Shown: piece after piece, positions 19,778-29,238 of the stretch | Position numbering within the stretch: the first letter of the stretch is position 1 | Layout: every line of letters begins with the position of its first letter | From: Phycisphaeraceae bacterium | Lineage (GTDB): Bacteria > Planctomycetota > Phycisphaerae > Phycisphaerales > Zrk34 | Assembly (NCBI GenBank): GCA_040905565.1 | Contig: JBBDRF010000082.1 | Location: forward strand, 1 to 64,000 | Direction of reading: 5' to 3' | Length of the DNA: 64,000 nucleotides | Translations under genes and position numbers: made by a program | The notes under the pieces: generated by a model | The model's input: only the letters and a program-made list of their open reading frames with translations | The model's database searches: none | Told to the model about the DNA's origin: nothing

Positions 19778-22381
19778 TTATTCGAGTTCTGCTTTGAGTT
19801 GCCTGAGTAGGTCGAACGCTTCGATTGGCGAGACGCGGTTGAGGTCCGCCCGTCGTAATGATGCGACAGCCGGGTGCTCCACGTACTCGGTGAACAATCC
19901 GAGTTGGCCATCGCTCGACGCAGCCGGCGATCCGTTCGCCGTCGCCAGCGCATTGACGCCGGTATGCACTTCCAACCGTCCCATTAAATCCTTGGCCCGG
20001 GTGACGACCGCTTCGGGAAGACCCGCGATCTGGGCTACGTGAATCCCGTAGCTCTTGTCAGCCGAGCCGCGCGTGATGCGGTGCAGGAACACCACTTCAT
20101 CCGCCCATTCTCGCACAGTCACGTTCAAATTGGCGACATTTTCGAACTGTTCCGCCAGATCCGTCAGCTCGTGATAATGCGTCGCAAACAGCGTTCGGCA
20201 GCGCTTGCCGGCCAGGTGTTCCGCGATCGCCCACGCCAGCGCCAAGCCGTCGAGCGTGCTGGTCCCCCGCCCGATCTCGTCAAGAATGACCAGCGACCGT
20301 TCCGTGGCATGATGGCAGATGTTCGCCGTCTCGGTCATCTCCACCATGAACGTCGATTGCCCGAGGTGGATCTCATCGCTGGCGCCGATGCGCGTGAAGA
20401 TGCGGTCGGTCAGGCCGATCGTGGCCTCAGCAGCGGGGATGAACGACCCGGTGTGTGCCAGCAGCGTCAGCAGCGCCGCCTGCCGAATGTAAGTGCTCTT
20501 GCCCGCCATGTTGGGGCCGGTGATGAGCGCCAACGTTTCGCCGTCGCCGAGGTCCGCGTCGTTGGGGACGAAGCGGTCTTCCAGCAGTTCGTCGAGCACG
20601 GGGTGCCGACCATCCTTGATCATCAGCACCGGCTCATCAACCACGGCCGGCCGGGTGTAGCGGTACCGCACCGCCCGCTTGGCGAAGCAGCTGAGCACAT
20701 CAAGTTCCGCCACCATCTCGGCATAAACGTTCAGCGATTCAAGCTCCCCCGCCGCCGCTTCGCACAGCTGCGTGAACAGCGTCTGCTCGCGCGCGACCGA
20801 TTTCTGACCGGCGGACAGGATCTTGTCCTCGAACGTTTTCAGCTCCGGCGTGATGTACCGCTCGGCGTTCTTCAGCGTCTGCTTCCGCGTAAAGCTCGGC
20901 GGCACCTTGCCGGTGTGGGCGTGGGTGATTTCAATGTAGTAGCCGAACACCTTGTTGTAGCCCAGCTTCAACGACGGAATCTCCGTCTGCTCGACCAGCG
21001 ATTTCTGATAGTCCGAGAGGAACTGCCCCGCGTCGCGCTGAAGCGTGCGGTACTCATCAAGCTCCGCGTCGTAGCCGTCACGGATCAGCCCGCCCTCGCG
21101 CAGATGGCCGGGCGGCCCGTCGACGCAGGCCGCGGTCAACATCGCCCCCAGCTTCGCCAGCGGATCGGCAACTGATTCCAGCCGCTCACGATGACGGGCG
21201 AAGGCGTTGCGATCGCTCAGCAGTTCCAGCAGGGCGGGGACATCCTTCACCGACCGCCCGAGCGCGACCAGATCGCGAGGCGTCGGCCTGCCGACCGCGA
21301 TGCGCCCGCTGATGCGCTGCACGTCCTGCACCTGCTCGAGCGCGTCGCTCAGGTCCGAAGCGAGAGCCGGATCGCCGGCGAAAGCCGCCACCGCATCCTG
21401 CCGCTGCTCGATCGCGTTGAGATCGGTCAGCGGATAGCAAAGCCATTGCCGCAGCATTCGCTTGCCCATCGCCGTCCGGCAATTTTGGAGCACCCCCAGC
21501 AGCGAGCCAGCGACCTCGCCGCTGCGCATCGTGCGTTCGACTTCCAGACTCCGCAGCGAAACCTGATCGATCAGCAGATAGTCGGTGCGACTTCGGCGTC
21601 GCGGGGGACTCAGGTGCGCCAGCCGTTCGCCCTCCGCCTGCTGCGTCTCCAGCAGGTAGCTGATGACCGCCCCGGCAGGGCCGATCACGGCGTCGTCGTC
21701 GCCGAGCCCGAAGCCGGTGAGCGTGGTGACGCGGAACTGTCGCTGGAGCGCTTCGCGTGCTTCGGTCAGGCGAAACTGCCAGGCGGGCCGAGCGGTGAGG
21801 GCGCAGCTGAGGATCTGCCCGAGGTCGGCGATGCGAGGCGGCGGTTTGCGATCGGCCGTTTCGACGTACAGAAGCTCACGCGGATTCAGCCGGGCCAGGT
21901 CATCCGCCATTTCGCGGACGGTGCCTTCGGCCACTTCCATCGCGCCGGTGCTCAGCTCGGCGAAGGCGAGAACGGCCCGGTCGTCTTGGAGAATCTGCAC
22001 GGCAGCGAGGTAGTTCTCAGCGGCGTCGTCGAGCATGCTTTCGTCGGTCAGCGTGCCGGGCGTAACGAGGCGGGCCACTTCGCGACGCACCACGCCTTTG
22101 GATTGCGAAGCTTCTTCCATCTGCTCGCAGACCGCCACCCGGTGACCCGCGCCGACCATCCGCCGCAGGTAGCCCTCGACGCTGTGGTAAGGCACGCCCG
22201 CCATGGGGATGCCCTCGGTGCGTTGCGTGAGCGTGACGCCGAGCACGCGCGACGCGAGTTTGGCATCGTCGTAGAACAGTTCGTAGAAATCGCCCATGCG
22301 GAAAAACAGCACGCACTCGGGGTGTTGCTTTTTGAAGCGGTGGAACTGCCGCATTGCGGGGGTATCGTGGGCACCTGACAT
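19778..22381 (-). CDS. mutS: DNA mismatch repair protein MutS
   Basis: FFRMGDFYELF, TGPNMAGKST, STFMVEM, DEIGRGTST, FATHYHEL. Confidence 0.98.
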   Translation of the reverse strand: MSGAHDTPAMRQFHRFKKQHPECVLFFRMGDFYELFYDDAKLASRVLGVTLTQRTEGIPMAGVPYHSVEGYLRRMVGAGHRVAVCEQMEEASQSKGVVRREVARLVTPGTLTDESMLDDAAENYLAAVQILQDDRAVLAFAELSTGAMEVAEGTVREMADDLARLNPRELLYVETADRKPPPRIADLGQILSCALTARPAWQFRLTEAREALQRQFRVTTLTGFGLGDDDAVIGPAGAVISYLLETQQAEGERLAHLSPPRRRSRTDYLLIDQVSLRSLEVERTMRSGEVAGSLLGVLQNCRTAMGKRMLRQWLCYPLTDLNAIEQRQDAVAAFAGDPALASDLSDALEQVQDVQRISGRIAVGRPTPRDLVALGRSVKDVPALLELLSDRNAFARHRERLESVADPLAKLGAMLTAACVDGPPGHLREGGLIRDGYDAELDEYRTLQRDAGQFLSDYQKSLVEQTEIPSLKLGYNKVFGYYIEITHAHTGKVPPSFTRKQTLKNAERYITPELKTFEDKILSAGQKSVAREQTLFTQLCEAAAGELESLNVYAEMVAELDVLSCFAKRAVRYRYTRPAVVDEPVLMIKDGRHPVLDELLEDRFVPNDADLGDGETLALITGPNMAGKSTYIRQAALLTLLAHTGSFIPAAEATIGLTDRIFTRIGASDEIHLGQSTFMVEMTETANICHHATERSLVILDEIGRGTSTLDGLALAWAIAEHLAGKRCRTLFATHYHELTDLAEQFENVANLNVTVREWADEVVFLHRITRGSADKSYGIHVAQIAGLPEAVVTRAKDLMGRLEVHTGVNALATANGSPAASSDGQLGLFTEYVEHPAVASLRRADLNRVSPIEAFDLLRQLKAELE

Positions 22382-22452
22382 GAGCAAGAGTTTCCACGCT
22401 GGACGATCGACATGCAAGCGTCGAAGGGCGTTCGGGGTAGACCGAGGTTCAA

Positions 22453-22491
22453 GGGTGCCCCCCGGAGAGCAAGCGAAGCGAGACGGCCGGG
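22453..22491. repeat. REP-like family B copy
   Basis: gggtgccccccgg..agcgaagcgagacggccggg. Confidence 0.6.
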
Positions 22492-22640
22492 CCCTCCGAC
22501 GCCGTACCGCTGGCGGAGGCCTCACCGCGACGCCGCCCTCAAAAAAAGTCAGCTTCGAAGCGATGGCTCCGAAGCTGACTCTGTATTCGGTCATGTTCGA
22601 CAAGTGCGGCGAAAATGTTTGCCGCGGGTTGTCGCATGCA

Positions 22641-23411
22641 TTAGGCGGCCGAGCGGGTCATGCGACGGCGACGGGCGCCGGCGGCGAGCAGGCCGAGGCC
22701 CATGAGGGCGAACGCGCCGGGCTCGGGGATGATGGTGCTTTGGGACTCAAAGCTTCCCGAGAGCATGGATCCGCCGTCGGGATCAAGCTGGAACGACGAG
22801 GTGAAGGTGACGTCCGCGTCACCGTTGGCCTTGAGGTTCGTGTCGAAGTAGGCATTGGCGTTGCCTTCGTTGTTCGACTCGGTTTCGGGGTTGCCGAGTT
22901 CGCCGTCGTAGGCTACCGAGAACAGGCCGCCGCCGAAGCCGACGGGGTCGCCGCCGAGGGAGAAACTGCCGCTGCTGAGCGTGATGCCGTTGTCCGGCTC
23001 AGCGATCAGCGAAAGCCACAGATCGCCTTCGTCCGCGGTGGCTGCGTCGTTGTTGTCGTAAACGGCCGTGTCGTTGAGATAGATATTCAGCCAGCCGCCG
23101 GTGAAGTCCCAGCCGCCCATGCTGTTGGCCGAAGCGGCGGTGAAGTCGCCGAACGTGAAGCTGAGGGTCTTGTCCGCCGGTGCCACCGAAGCGATCGAGT
23201 TCCCCTGATAAAGGAGGATACTGCCGTAGCCGGTGAGCACGTCGCCCTGCTGCTGGACGATGGACTGGTGGAATTCGCCTTTGAACTCGCTGGCGCCGGT
23301 TTCGGTTTGCACACCGCCGAGGTCGATCGTGCTCGCGTCGGCCCCGGACGCGGCCACTGCAAAGAAGCCACCCAGTGTTAGTACCGCTGCTTGACGCATA
23401 AAACGTTTCAT
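22641..23411 (-). CDS. PEP-CTERM surface protein
   Basis: Signal peptide ending ADA; acidic Gly/Ser-rich body; IPEPGAFALMGLGLLAAGARRRR. Confidence 0.9.
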   Translation of the reverse strand: MKRFMRQAAVLTLGGFFAVAASGADASTIDLGGVQTETGASEFKGEFHQSIVQQQGDVLTGYGSILLYQGNSIASVAPADKTLSFTFGDFTAASANSMGGWDFTGGWLNIYLNDTAVYDNNDAATADEGDLWLSLIAEPDNGITLSSGSFSLGGDPVGFGGGLFSVAYDGELGNPETESNNEGNANAYFDTNLKANGDADVTFTSSFQLDPDGGSMLSGSFESQSTIIPEPGAFALMGLGLLAAGARRRRMTRSAA

Positions 23412-23553
23412 CGCTTACTCCGTGACAAAAATGATGGCTCAGCAAAGGAGGGTGCTAGGGGTGCTGAGACCTATCGAATCGATTCTTACCTGAAGAGAAT
23501 ATAACCGATGGCTAGGGACGGGGCCATAGTTTTTCGCCAAACGACCGAAAAAG

Positions 23554-25209
23554 TTATTCGGCCGGACAGTACCGCCCTGGGCTGATAAGCCTTTGGGGAT
23601 CAATGGCTTGCTTAAGACGCCCCACCAGACGCCAATACGGCTGGTCAGGATCGACCATCTGGGGCATCGCATTGATGCCGGCCCGGTAAGGCAGTAGGCC
23701 CCGCGATCGCCCCTGGCTCAGCAGCGTGTCGAAGCAGTCAGTCGCCCGCTGCCGTTCCGCCGGATCGTCTCGATCAAAAAGCAGCGGCACGGTGCTGTCG
23801 AAACAGCGGTGCGAAAGCGATGTGAGCGTGATCAGCGGTTCGATCCGATGGGCGAGGCAAACGCGTTCGACCATCTGCACGTAATCCCGCACAGTGTTCG
23901 TAACCGTCGGCACGAGCGGGGAATACCAGATTAGCCCGCAGCCGTCTCGGGCCGGGTTCAACGGTGTGCCGTCCGTCGGCATCGTGCCGGACTTCCAGTA
24001 GGCCAGGGGCAAGGCGACCTCAGTCGGTTCGCCGGCGAAGTTCCGCAACGCCCCCTCAACCGTGTGAATCTGCTTCCGCAGGCCCGGCGCGAACGCGGCC
24101 GGCAGTCGGTTGAGCCATCGCTGTAATCTTCGAGCGAAGCTGAGCGTGACGAATTTCAGTTGCTTGGTGTAAGGCCTGAGGTGACGGCGGACGACGGCCT
24201 TGACGGCGGCATTCATCTGCCGGTTCCCGTATATTACCCCCGCCCCCATCCAGGGTTCGACGCCGTTCTGATCGGCCAGACGCTTCAGCAGGATTTCGTC
24301 CATGACGCCGGCTTCGCCGACCTGCTCGCGTGGGTACGGGACCATCATCGAAAGCACCCGCCTCCGGTTCATCAGGTTGATTGCCCCGATGTTGCCGCCC
24401 GCTTCGCGGGTGATGCGACGCACCGCTTCAACGGCGCCTTCGAGGTCCTCCTCCCGTCGCAGCGAGAAAAAGAACCCCTCGACCCGCTCCGGCCGCGGCG
24501 CCAAGGTGATCGTCGCCCGCGTCACTACGGCGAAGTTGCTCTGCGCCAGGAGGCCATCTATATAAGGTCCGACGCCCCATTTGAAGCAGCGGTCGATCAG
24601 CGGGGCCCCCATCTCGGTCAGGGCTGAGCGATACACCGTGCCGTCGGGCAGTACCGCCTGCATGGCCGTGACGGCTCCGAAATGATCGGCATAGGGCGTG
24701 ATGCCATAACCTCTTTCAAGTGCGTTGCCTAGGATGCTCGCTTCGGGGCCGGCGCCGCTGGCGGGGACCATCAGATCGGCGTTTTGCTCAACAAGGAAGC
24801 GGTGCAACATGCCCTGACTGACGCCCGGCTCGACGGTGACGAGCCCGAGTTCAGGATCGAACTCGCTGATGCCGACCATCCGCGAACAATCGAGGACGAT
24901 GCCGCCGGGCCTGGTAGGATTCGCCGATCCGTAACCCCAGTTTTTACCGCGAGATACGGGGTAGATCGGCACATCATACTCACCGGCGAGCCGCACGACC
25001 TGCTGCACCTGCTCAGCCGAGGCGGGCCGCACCGCCCCGAGAGGCTTGATGCTCTGCGGGAGCGTGTTCGCTTCGTAGGCGGCGACACCTTCCGCGTCGA
25101 AATGGACGTGCTCCGCCCCGACGGCCGATTCGAGGGCACGGCAAAGGGTGGTTCCGATCTGCGACCTGCTCATTTGGCCCGATGCAATCATGAAAGCGCT
25201 CCTGCTCAT
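23554..25209 (-). CDS. FAD-binding oxidoreductase of the vanillyl-alcohol oxidase / p-cresol methylhydroxylase family (FeeG-like)
   Basis: YPVSRGKNWGYGS, VEPGV, SILGNALERGYG, GPYIDGL, LKQAIDP..ISPGRY. Confidence 0.88.
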   Translation of the reverse strand: MSRSAFMIASGQMSRSQIGTTLCRALESAVGAEHVHFDAEGVAAYEANTLPQSIKPLGAVRPASAEQVQQVVRLAGEYDVPIYPVSRGKNWGYGSANPTRPGGIVLDCSRMVGISEFDPELGLVTVEPGVSQGMLHRFLVEQNADLMVPASGAGPEASILGNALERGYGITPYADHFGAVTAMQAVLPDGTVYRSALTEMGAPLIDRCFKWGVGPYIDGLLAQSNFAVVTRATITLAPRPERVEGFFFSLRREEDLEGAVEAVRRITREAGGNIGAINLMNRRRVLSMMVPYPREQVGEAGVMDEILLKRLADQNGVEPWMGAGVIYGNRQMNAAVKAVVRRHLRPYTKQLKFVTLSFARRLQRWLNRLPAAFAPGLRKQIHTVEGALRNFAGEPTEVALPLAYWKSGTMPTDGTPLNPARDGCGLIWYSPLVPTVTNTVRDYVQMVERVCLAHRIEPLITLTSLSHRCFDSTVPLLFDRDDPAERQRATDCFDTLLSQGRSRGLLPYRAGINAMPQMVDPDQPYWRLVGRLKQAIDPQRLISPGRYCPAE

Positions 25210-25405
25210 GATTTCGGCCGAACGAGGGGGCGATATAAGTCAGGTTTTTGAGAACGATCGTACAAGCTGTTTTCTTTTCCCCCGGTGAAGTCCGGGCACC
25301 GGAGGGTCGATACTGAGAGAAGACGCGGACAAAGCCGTTTGTGGTGAACGGCGGGTGGAGAATTTTGTTTCACGACGCCCTCCCGCGTCATTGAGGATGC
25401 AGAAC

Positions 25406-26119
25406 ATGGAGAACAAGAGCGGGCTTTCGTATTCGGTCGCTCGCACGCTTTCTGACGTCCTCGAAGCATGGCAGCTGGTGTACCGCTCGTATCGACGGGC
25501 GGGGCTGATCCAGTCTCACCGCTGGAAGCTGCACACGGTCCCCCATGCTGTCCAGAACCAGAGCGTGGTCGTTCGCGGTCGCATTCGCGCGGAGACCGTC
25601 AGCACACTCAGCGCCTACCTGGACACGAGCAACGGTCTGCCTCTCGACTCGGTCTACCCCGACGAACTGGCAACCCTGCGCCGCAACGGCAGACGGCTGG
25701 TGGAGTTCGGCCTGTTCGCCGATCGACGGCACGAGATGCAACGCACGGTCGCCGCGCTGCTCGAATTGATGCGCTGGGCCTGCCACTTCGGCGTCCACAG
25801 CGGCGCGACCGACGGAATCATCGGCGTCCACCCGCGTCACGCTGCGTTCTACGAGCGTCTGCTGGCGTTCGAACGCATCGGTGAGGTTCGGCTGCACCCG
25901 ACGGTGAACGAGGCCGAGGTCGTGCTGCTTCGCCTGGACTGGTACGCCCAGATCGTCAAGCCTCGCGTTCCGAGAGGGTTGCGTTATTGGATGGAGAAGC
26001 CTCTTCCTGCGACGGCCTTTCTTGAACGGTCCATGTTCACCCCCGAGGAATTGGCCAGCTCCCCGCTCGCGGATTACCTCGGCGAGATGATCGCCGCACC
26101 GATTGGCGCTGACGCCTGA
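25406..26119 (+). CDS. N-acyl amino acid synthase, FeeM-like (GNAT/LuxI fold)
   Basis: LVYRSYRRAG, GLPLDSVYPDEL..LR..GRRLVEFG, IGVHPRHAAFYERLLAF. Confidence 0.82.
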   Translation: MENKSGLSYSVARTLSDVLEAWQLVYRSYRRAGLIQSHRWKLHTVPHAVQNQSVVVRGRIRAETVSTLSAYLDTSNGLPLDSVYPDELATLRRNGRRLVEFGLFADRRHEMQRTVAALLELMRWACHFGVHSGATDGIIGVHPRHAAFYERLLAFERIGEVRLHPTVNEAEVVLLRLDWYAQIVKPRVPRGLRYWMEKPLPATAFLERSMFTPEELASSPLADYLGEMIAAPIGADA

Positions 26120-26121
26120 GG

Positions 26122-26658
26122 TCACCCCGCAGCGCGTTGTTTCGGCGGCGGTCTACCCGGTTCGTAAAGTGCCACGCGCCAGCCGTTCCGTTCCACGGTT
26201 CCCGCGCACTGGACCCGTTCGTTCAAAGGTGTCGGATCCGGCGGTTTCTCAGGATGTCGATCGGCCGTCGGCCGAGCGGGTTTGGCGCGAGCCGTCGTCG
26301 GCTGACGCTCACTGCGATCGTCGGGTTGGGTCGTAAGATCAAGCGTCGGCGTGAGCGCCCGCTGAAGTTCCGCCCGATCAAGCTTTCGCAGTGATTGCGT
26401 CACGAAGTCCGTCATCGCGATGCCCACGAGATCGACGACCGCTTCCTGATCGCCGGCGTCGACGTCGAAGTGATACCACCACGCGTGCATCAGTTCGTGG
26501 AAGAACACCTGCAGGCGCTGGCGTTCCGGGGGAATGTCGGAAATCAAAATCTCCTGCTGCAGATTGTCACAAAGCCCGAAGCAAGGCTCGCCCTGGTGCA
26601 TGATGTGACCGTGGACGAGCTTGACGCGGTAGGGAAACGGACCGACTTGTACCCACAT
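26122..26658 (-). CDS. Small HExxH protein (minimal zincin, phage/ImmA-like)
   Basis: CFGLCD...EILI...FFHELMHAWW; AGGAGG RBS. Confidence 0.75.
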   Translation of the reverse strand: MWVQVGPFPYRVKLVHGHIMHQGEPCFGLCDNLQQEILISDIPPERQRLQVFFHELMHAWWYHFDVDAGDQEAVVDLVGIAMTDFVTQSLRKLDRAELQRALTPTLDLTTQPDDRSERQPTTARAKPARPTADRHPEKPPDPTPLNERVQCAGTVERNGWRVALYEPGRPPPKQRAAG

Positions 26659-27072
26659 GCAGACCTCCTGCGTTCGTGTTCGCGGAGCACAAAGCCTCGG
26701 CGGAACCGACCCCACGTGGACGGGCCGGTTCGCCGGGCACAACCAATCCCGGACGGGCGGCTGCGACGTTTCCTCGCCTGATCGCTTATCTCGCCTCGGC
26801 CTCCTGCCGAAGCGCCCCCGGCCACCATCCCCACCCACCGGCCCCCCCTACCGGCCCGGAAGAGCTTTGGGTCGCCTTCTTATGTAAGGCCGATGTTCAA
26901 TCCATACAAGACCCGAACGGCGCTCGGCGTGCCACCATGCTGACACTCCCGCCGTTTTTTCTGATCATGGCGCACGAAAACCGGCACTCGCTTCGCCCTG
27001 CGTTGAGAAGTTGCGAGCGATGGGTACGATGGTGCCCCCCCACCACCACCGCCCGCACGGAAGGAACGATTC

Positions 27073-27957
27073 ATGCAAGGCGCAGCAGCGGCGAATCCGC
27101 TTAAGGTGATCGCTCAGGACGTGAAGCTTTCGCATTCGGTGTTCGCTTTGCCGTTCGCGCTGCTGGCGACGTTCCTGGCGGCGGGGGCGAGCCCGGGATG
27201 GGGGCCGTTGCTGTTGATCGTGGTGTGCATGTTCCTGGCGCGCACGTTTGCGATGCTGGCGAATCGGTATCTGGATCGCACGATTGATGCAGCCAACCCG
27301 CGCACGGCCGGCCGGGCGATCCCCTCGGGCAAGGTGACCGCGGGACAGGTTCTGGCGGTGGCGCTGGCCTCGGCGGCGGGGCTGGTGGCGGGGGCGGCGA
27401 TGTTCGGCGTGCTGTTCGACAACTGGTGGCCGGTGATCGCTTCGCCGTTCGTGCTGGGCTGGCTTTGGGCCTACGGGCTATTCAAACGCTTCACGTGGCT
27501 GTGCCACTTCTTCCTCGGCGGCGCACTCGCGCTGAGCCCGCTCGCGGCCGGTCTGGCCATCGAGCCGAGCTATCTGGCGCAGCCGACGCTGTGGTGGCTG
27601 GCAGCATTCGTGCTGTTGTGGGTGGCGGGATTCGACGTCGTTTATGCCTTGCAGGATGAGCAGGTCGACCGGCGCGACGGCATCTACTCGGTCCCGGCGA
27701 AGCTTGGCCGAGGCGGTGCCCTCCTCCTCGCCAAGGGCGTCCATCTGCTGGCGCTGATCATGTTGCTGATGGCCTACCGGTCCGAACCGATGCTCAGCAC
27801 GCTGTTCTTCGTGGGCATCGTGGTGGTGGGCCTGCTGATGGTGATCGAACATCGAGCGGCGAGCATGGGCCGATTCAGCATGGCGTTCTTTACGCTCAAC
27901 GGCATCATCAGTTTGCTGCTGGGCGTGCTGGGGATTGTCGATATTCTGCGTACGTGA
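27073..27957 (+). CDS. ubiA: UbiA-family prenyltransferase (MqnP-like)
   Basis: HSVFALPFAL, NRYLDRTIDAANPRT..RAIPSG, AGFDVVYALQD; promoter-like TTGAGA-N16-TACGAT upstream. Confidence 0.9.
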   Translation: MQGAAAANPLKVIAQDVKLSHSVFALPFALLATFLAAGASPGWGPLLLIVVCMFLARTFAMLANRYLDRTIDAANPRTAGRAIPSGKVTAGQVLAVALASAAGLVAGAAMFGVLFDNWWPVIASPFVLGWLWAYGLFKRFTWLCHFFLGGALALSPLAAGLAIEPSYLAQPTLWWLAAFVLLWVAGFDVVYALQDEQVDRRDGIYSVPAKLGRGGALLLAKGVHLLALIMLLMAYRSEPMLSTLFFVGIVVVGLLMVIEHRAASMGRFSMAFFTLNGIISLLLGVLGIVDILRT

Positions 27958-28017
27958 ATTGGGGCGTCCGGCGACGCGTAGCGTCGCGGCTATTGTCGCG
28001 CCGCCCCTCGCTGGGAC

Positions 28018-29091
28018 TCAGCCCAGCCCGTCGTAGGCGTCTTTGAGAAGTTCCGCGGTCTTGTCCCAGCCGATACAGGCGTCGGTCACGCTGACGCCGT
28101 ACTGCAGCTGCGTCAGATCGCTCGGCAGCTTCTGGCTCCCCGCTTCCAGGTTCGACTCAAGCATCAACCCCATGATGCCCTTCGTGCCGCCGCGGCGCTG
28201 CTCGATCACGCTTCGCAGCACCACCTCCTGCTGCTCGTGCTTCTTGCCCGAGTTCGCGTGCGAGCAATCGATCATCACGCAAGGCGGCAGGTCGTTCTTC
28301 TCCAGGCTCGCCAGGGCCTTGGCCACGTTCTCACGATCGTAGTTCGGCTTGCCCGACCCGCCTCGCAGAATCACATGGCCCCACCGATTGCCAGCCGTCT
28401 GAACCAGAGACGTGCGACCGTCGGGGTCGATCCCCAAAAATGCGTGCGGGGCCCGGGCTGAGAGCATCGCGTTCACAGCCGGCTCCACGTCGCCCGTCGT
28501 CGTATTCTTATAACCGACGGGCATGGACAATCCACTGGCCATCTGCCGATGCGTCTGGCTTTCCGTGGTCCGTGCCCCGATCGCAGCCCATCCCACCAGG
28601 TCGGCGATGTACTGAGGCACGATCGGGTCGAGAAACTCCGTGGCCGTCGGCAGGCCGAGTTCCGCGATGCGGATCATCAACCTTCGCGCTTTCCGCAACC
28701 CCGTTGCGATATCGAAACTATCGTTCAGGTGCGGATCGTAGATCAGGCCCTTCCAGCCGACCGTCGTCCGAGGTTTCTCAAAGTAGACCCGCATCGCGAT
28801 CATCATTCGGTCGGCGTACTTCTCCGAAAGCTCAGCCAGCCGTTCGGCGTAAGTGATGGCGGCTTCTTCATCGTGGATGGAGCACGGGCCCACGATCACC
28901 AGCAGCCGTTCATCCTGGCCCAGCACGATGTGCTTGATCGTGTCGCGGAAACGGATCACGTCCGCAGCGACCTTCTCGGAGATCGGAAGCTCCGCTTTCA
29001 ATGCCGACGGACTGACCAACGGCGTGGTGCCGATGACGTGAACGTCCTGCGTCGCAGCGGTGGATGGGGTTGTCTGTGATGGCGTCGACAT
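28018..29091 (-). CDS. 3-deoxy-7-phosphoheptulonate (DAHP) synthase, class I-alpha
   Basis: GPCSIHD, RVYFEKPRT..GWKG, AIGARTTESQ.HR, IDCSHANS, SVTDAC. Confidence 0.96.
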   Translation of the reverse strand: MSTPSQTTPSTAATQDVHVIGTTPLVSPSALKAELPISEKVAADVIRFRDTIKHIVLGQDERLLVIVGPCSIHDEEAAITYAERLAELSEKYADRMMIAMRVYFEKPRTTVGWKGLIYDPHLNDSFDIATGLRKARRLMIRIAELGLPTATEFLDPIVPQYIADLVGWAAIGARTTESQTHRQMASGLSMPVGYKNTTTGDVEPAVNAMLSARAPHAFLGIDPDGRTSLVQTAGNRWGHVILRGGSGKPNYDRENVAKALASLEKNDLPPCVMIDCSHANSGKKHEQQEVVLRSVIEQRRGGTKGIMGLMLESNLEAGSQKLPSDLTQLQYGVSVTDACIGWDKTAELLKDAYDGLG

Positions 29092-29238
29092 GCGTGCTCC
29101 TCAGTCAAGCCCCGCATTTTAAGCGATTCCGCAAGCTTCTGCTCGCCGCCACAATAGGGCGCGCAACAGACCCGGGCTGTACAACACGACCGGAGATCCT
29201 GACGAACGCTCGCTGACGCTTCCCGCTCGCCAAGGCAA

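Noticed and set aside
23436..23470. Shared ctcagcacc between the leaders of two PEP-CTERM genes (also 7913-7921)
   Set aside because: Only 9 nt and in different structural contexts; compatible with chance
26122..26658. Prophage remnant
   Set aside because: No integrase, att site, tRNA or other phage genes nearby
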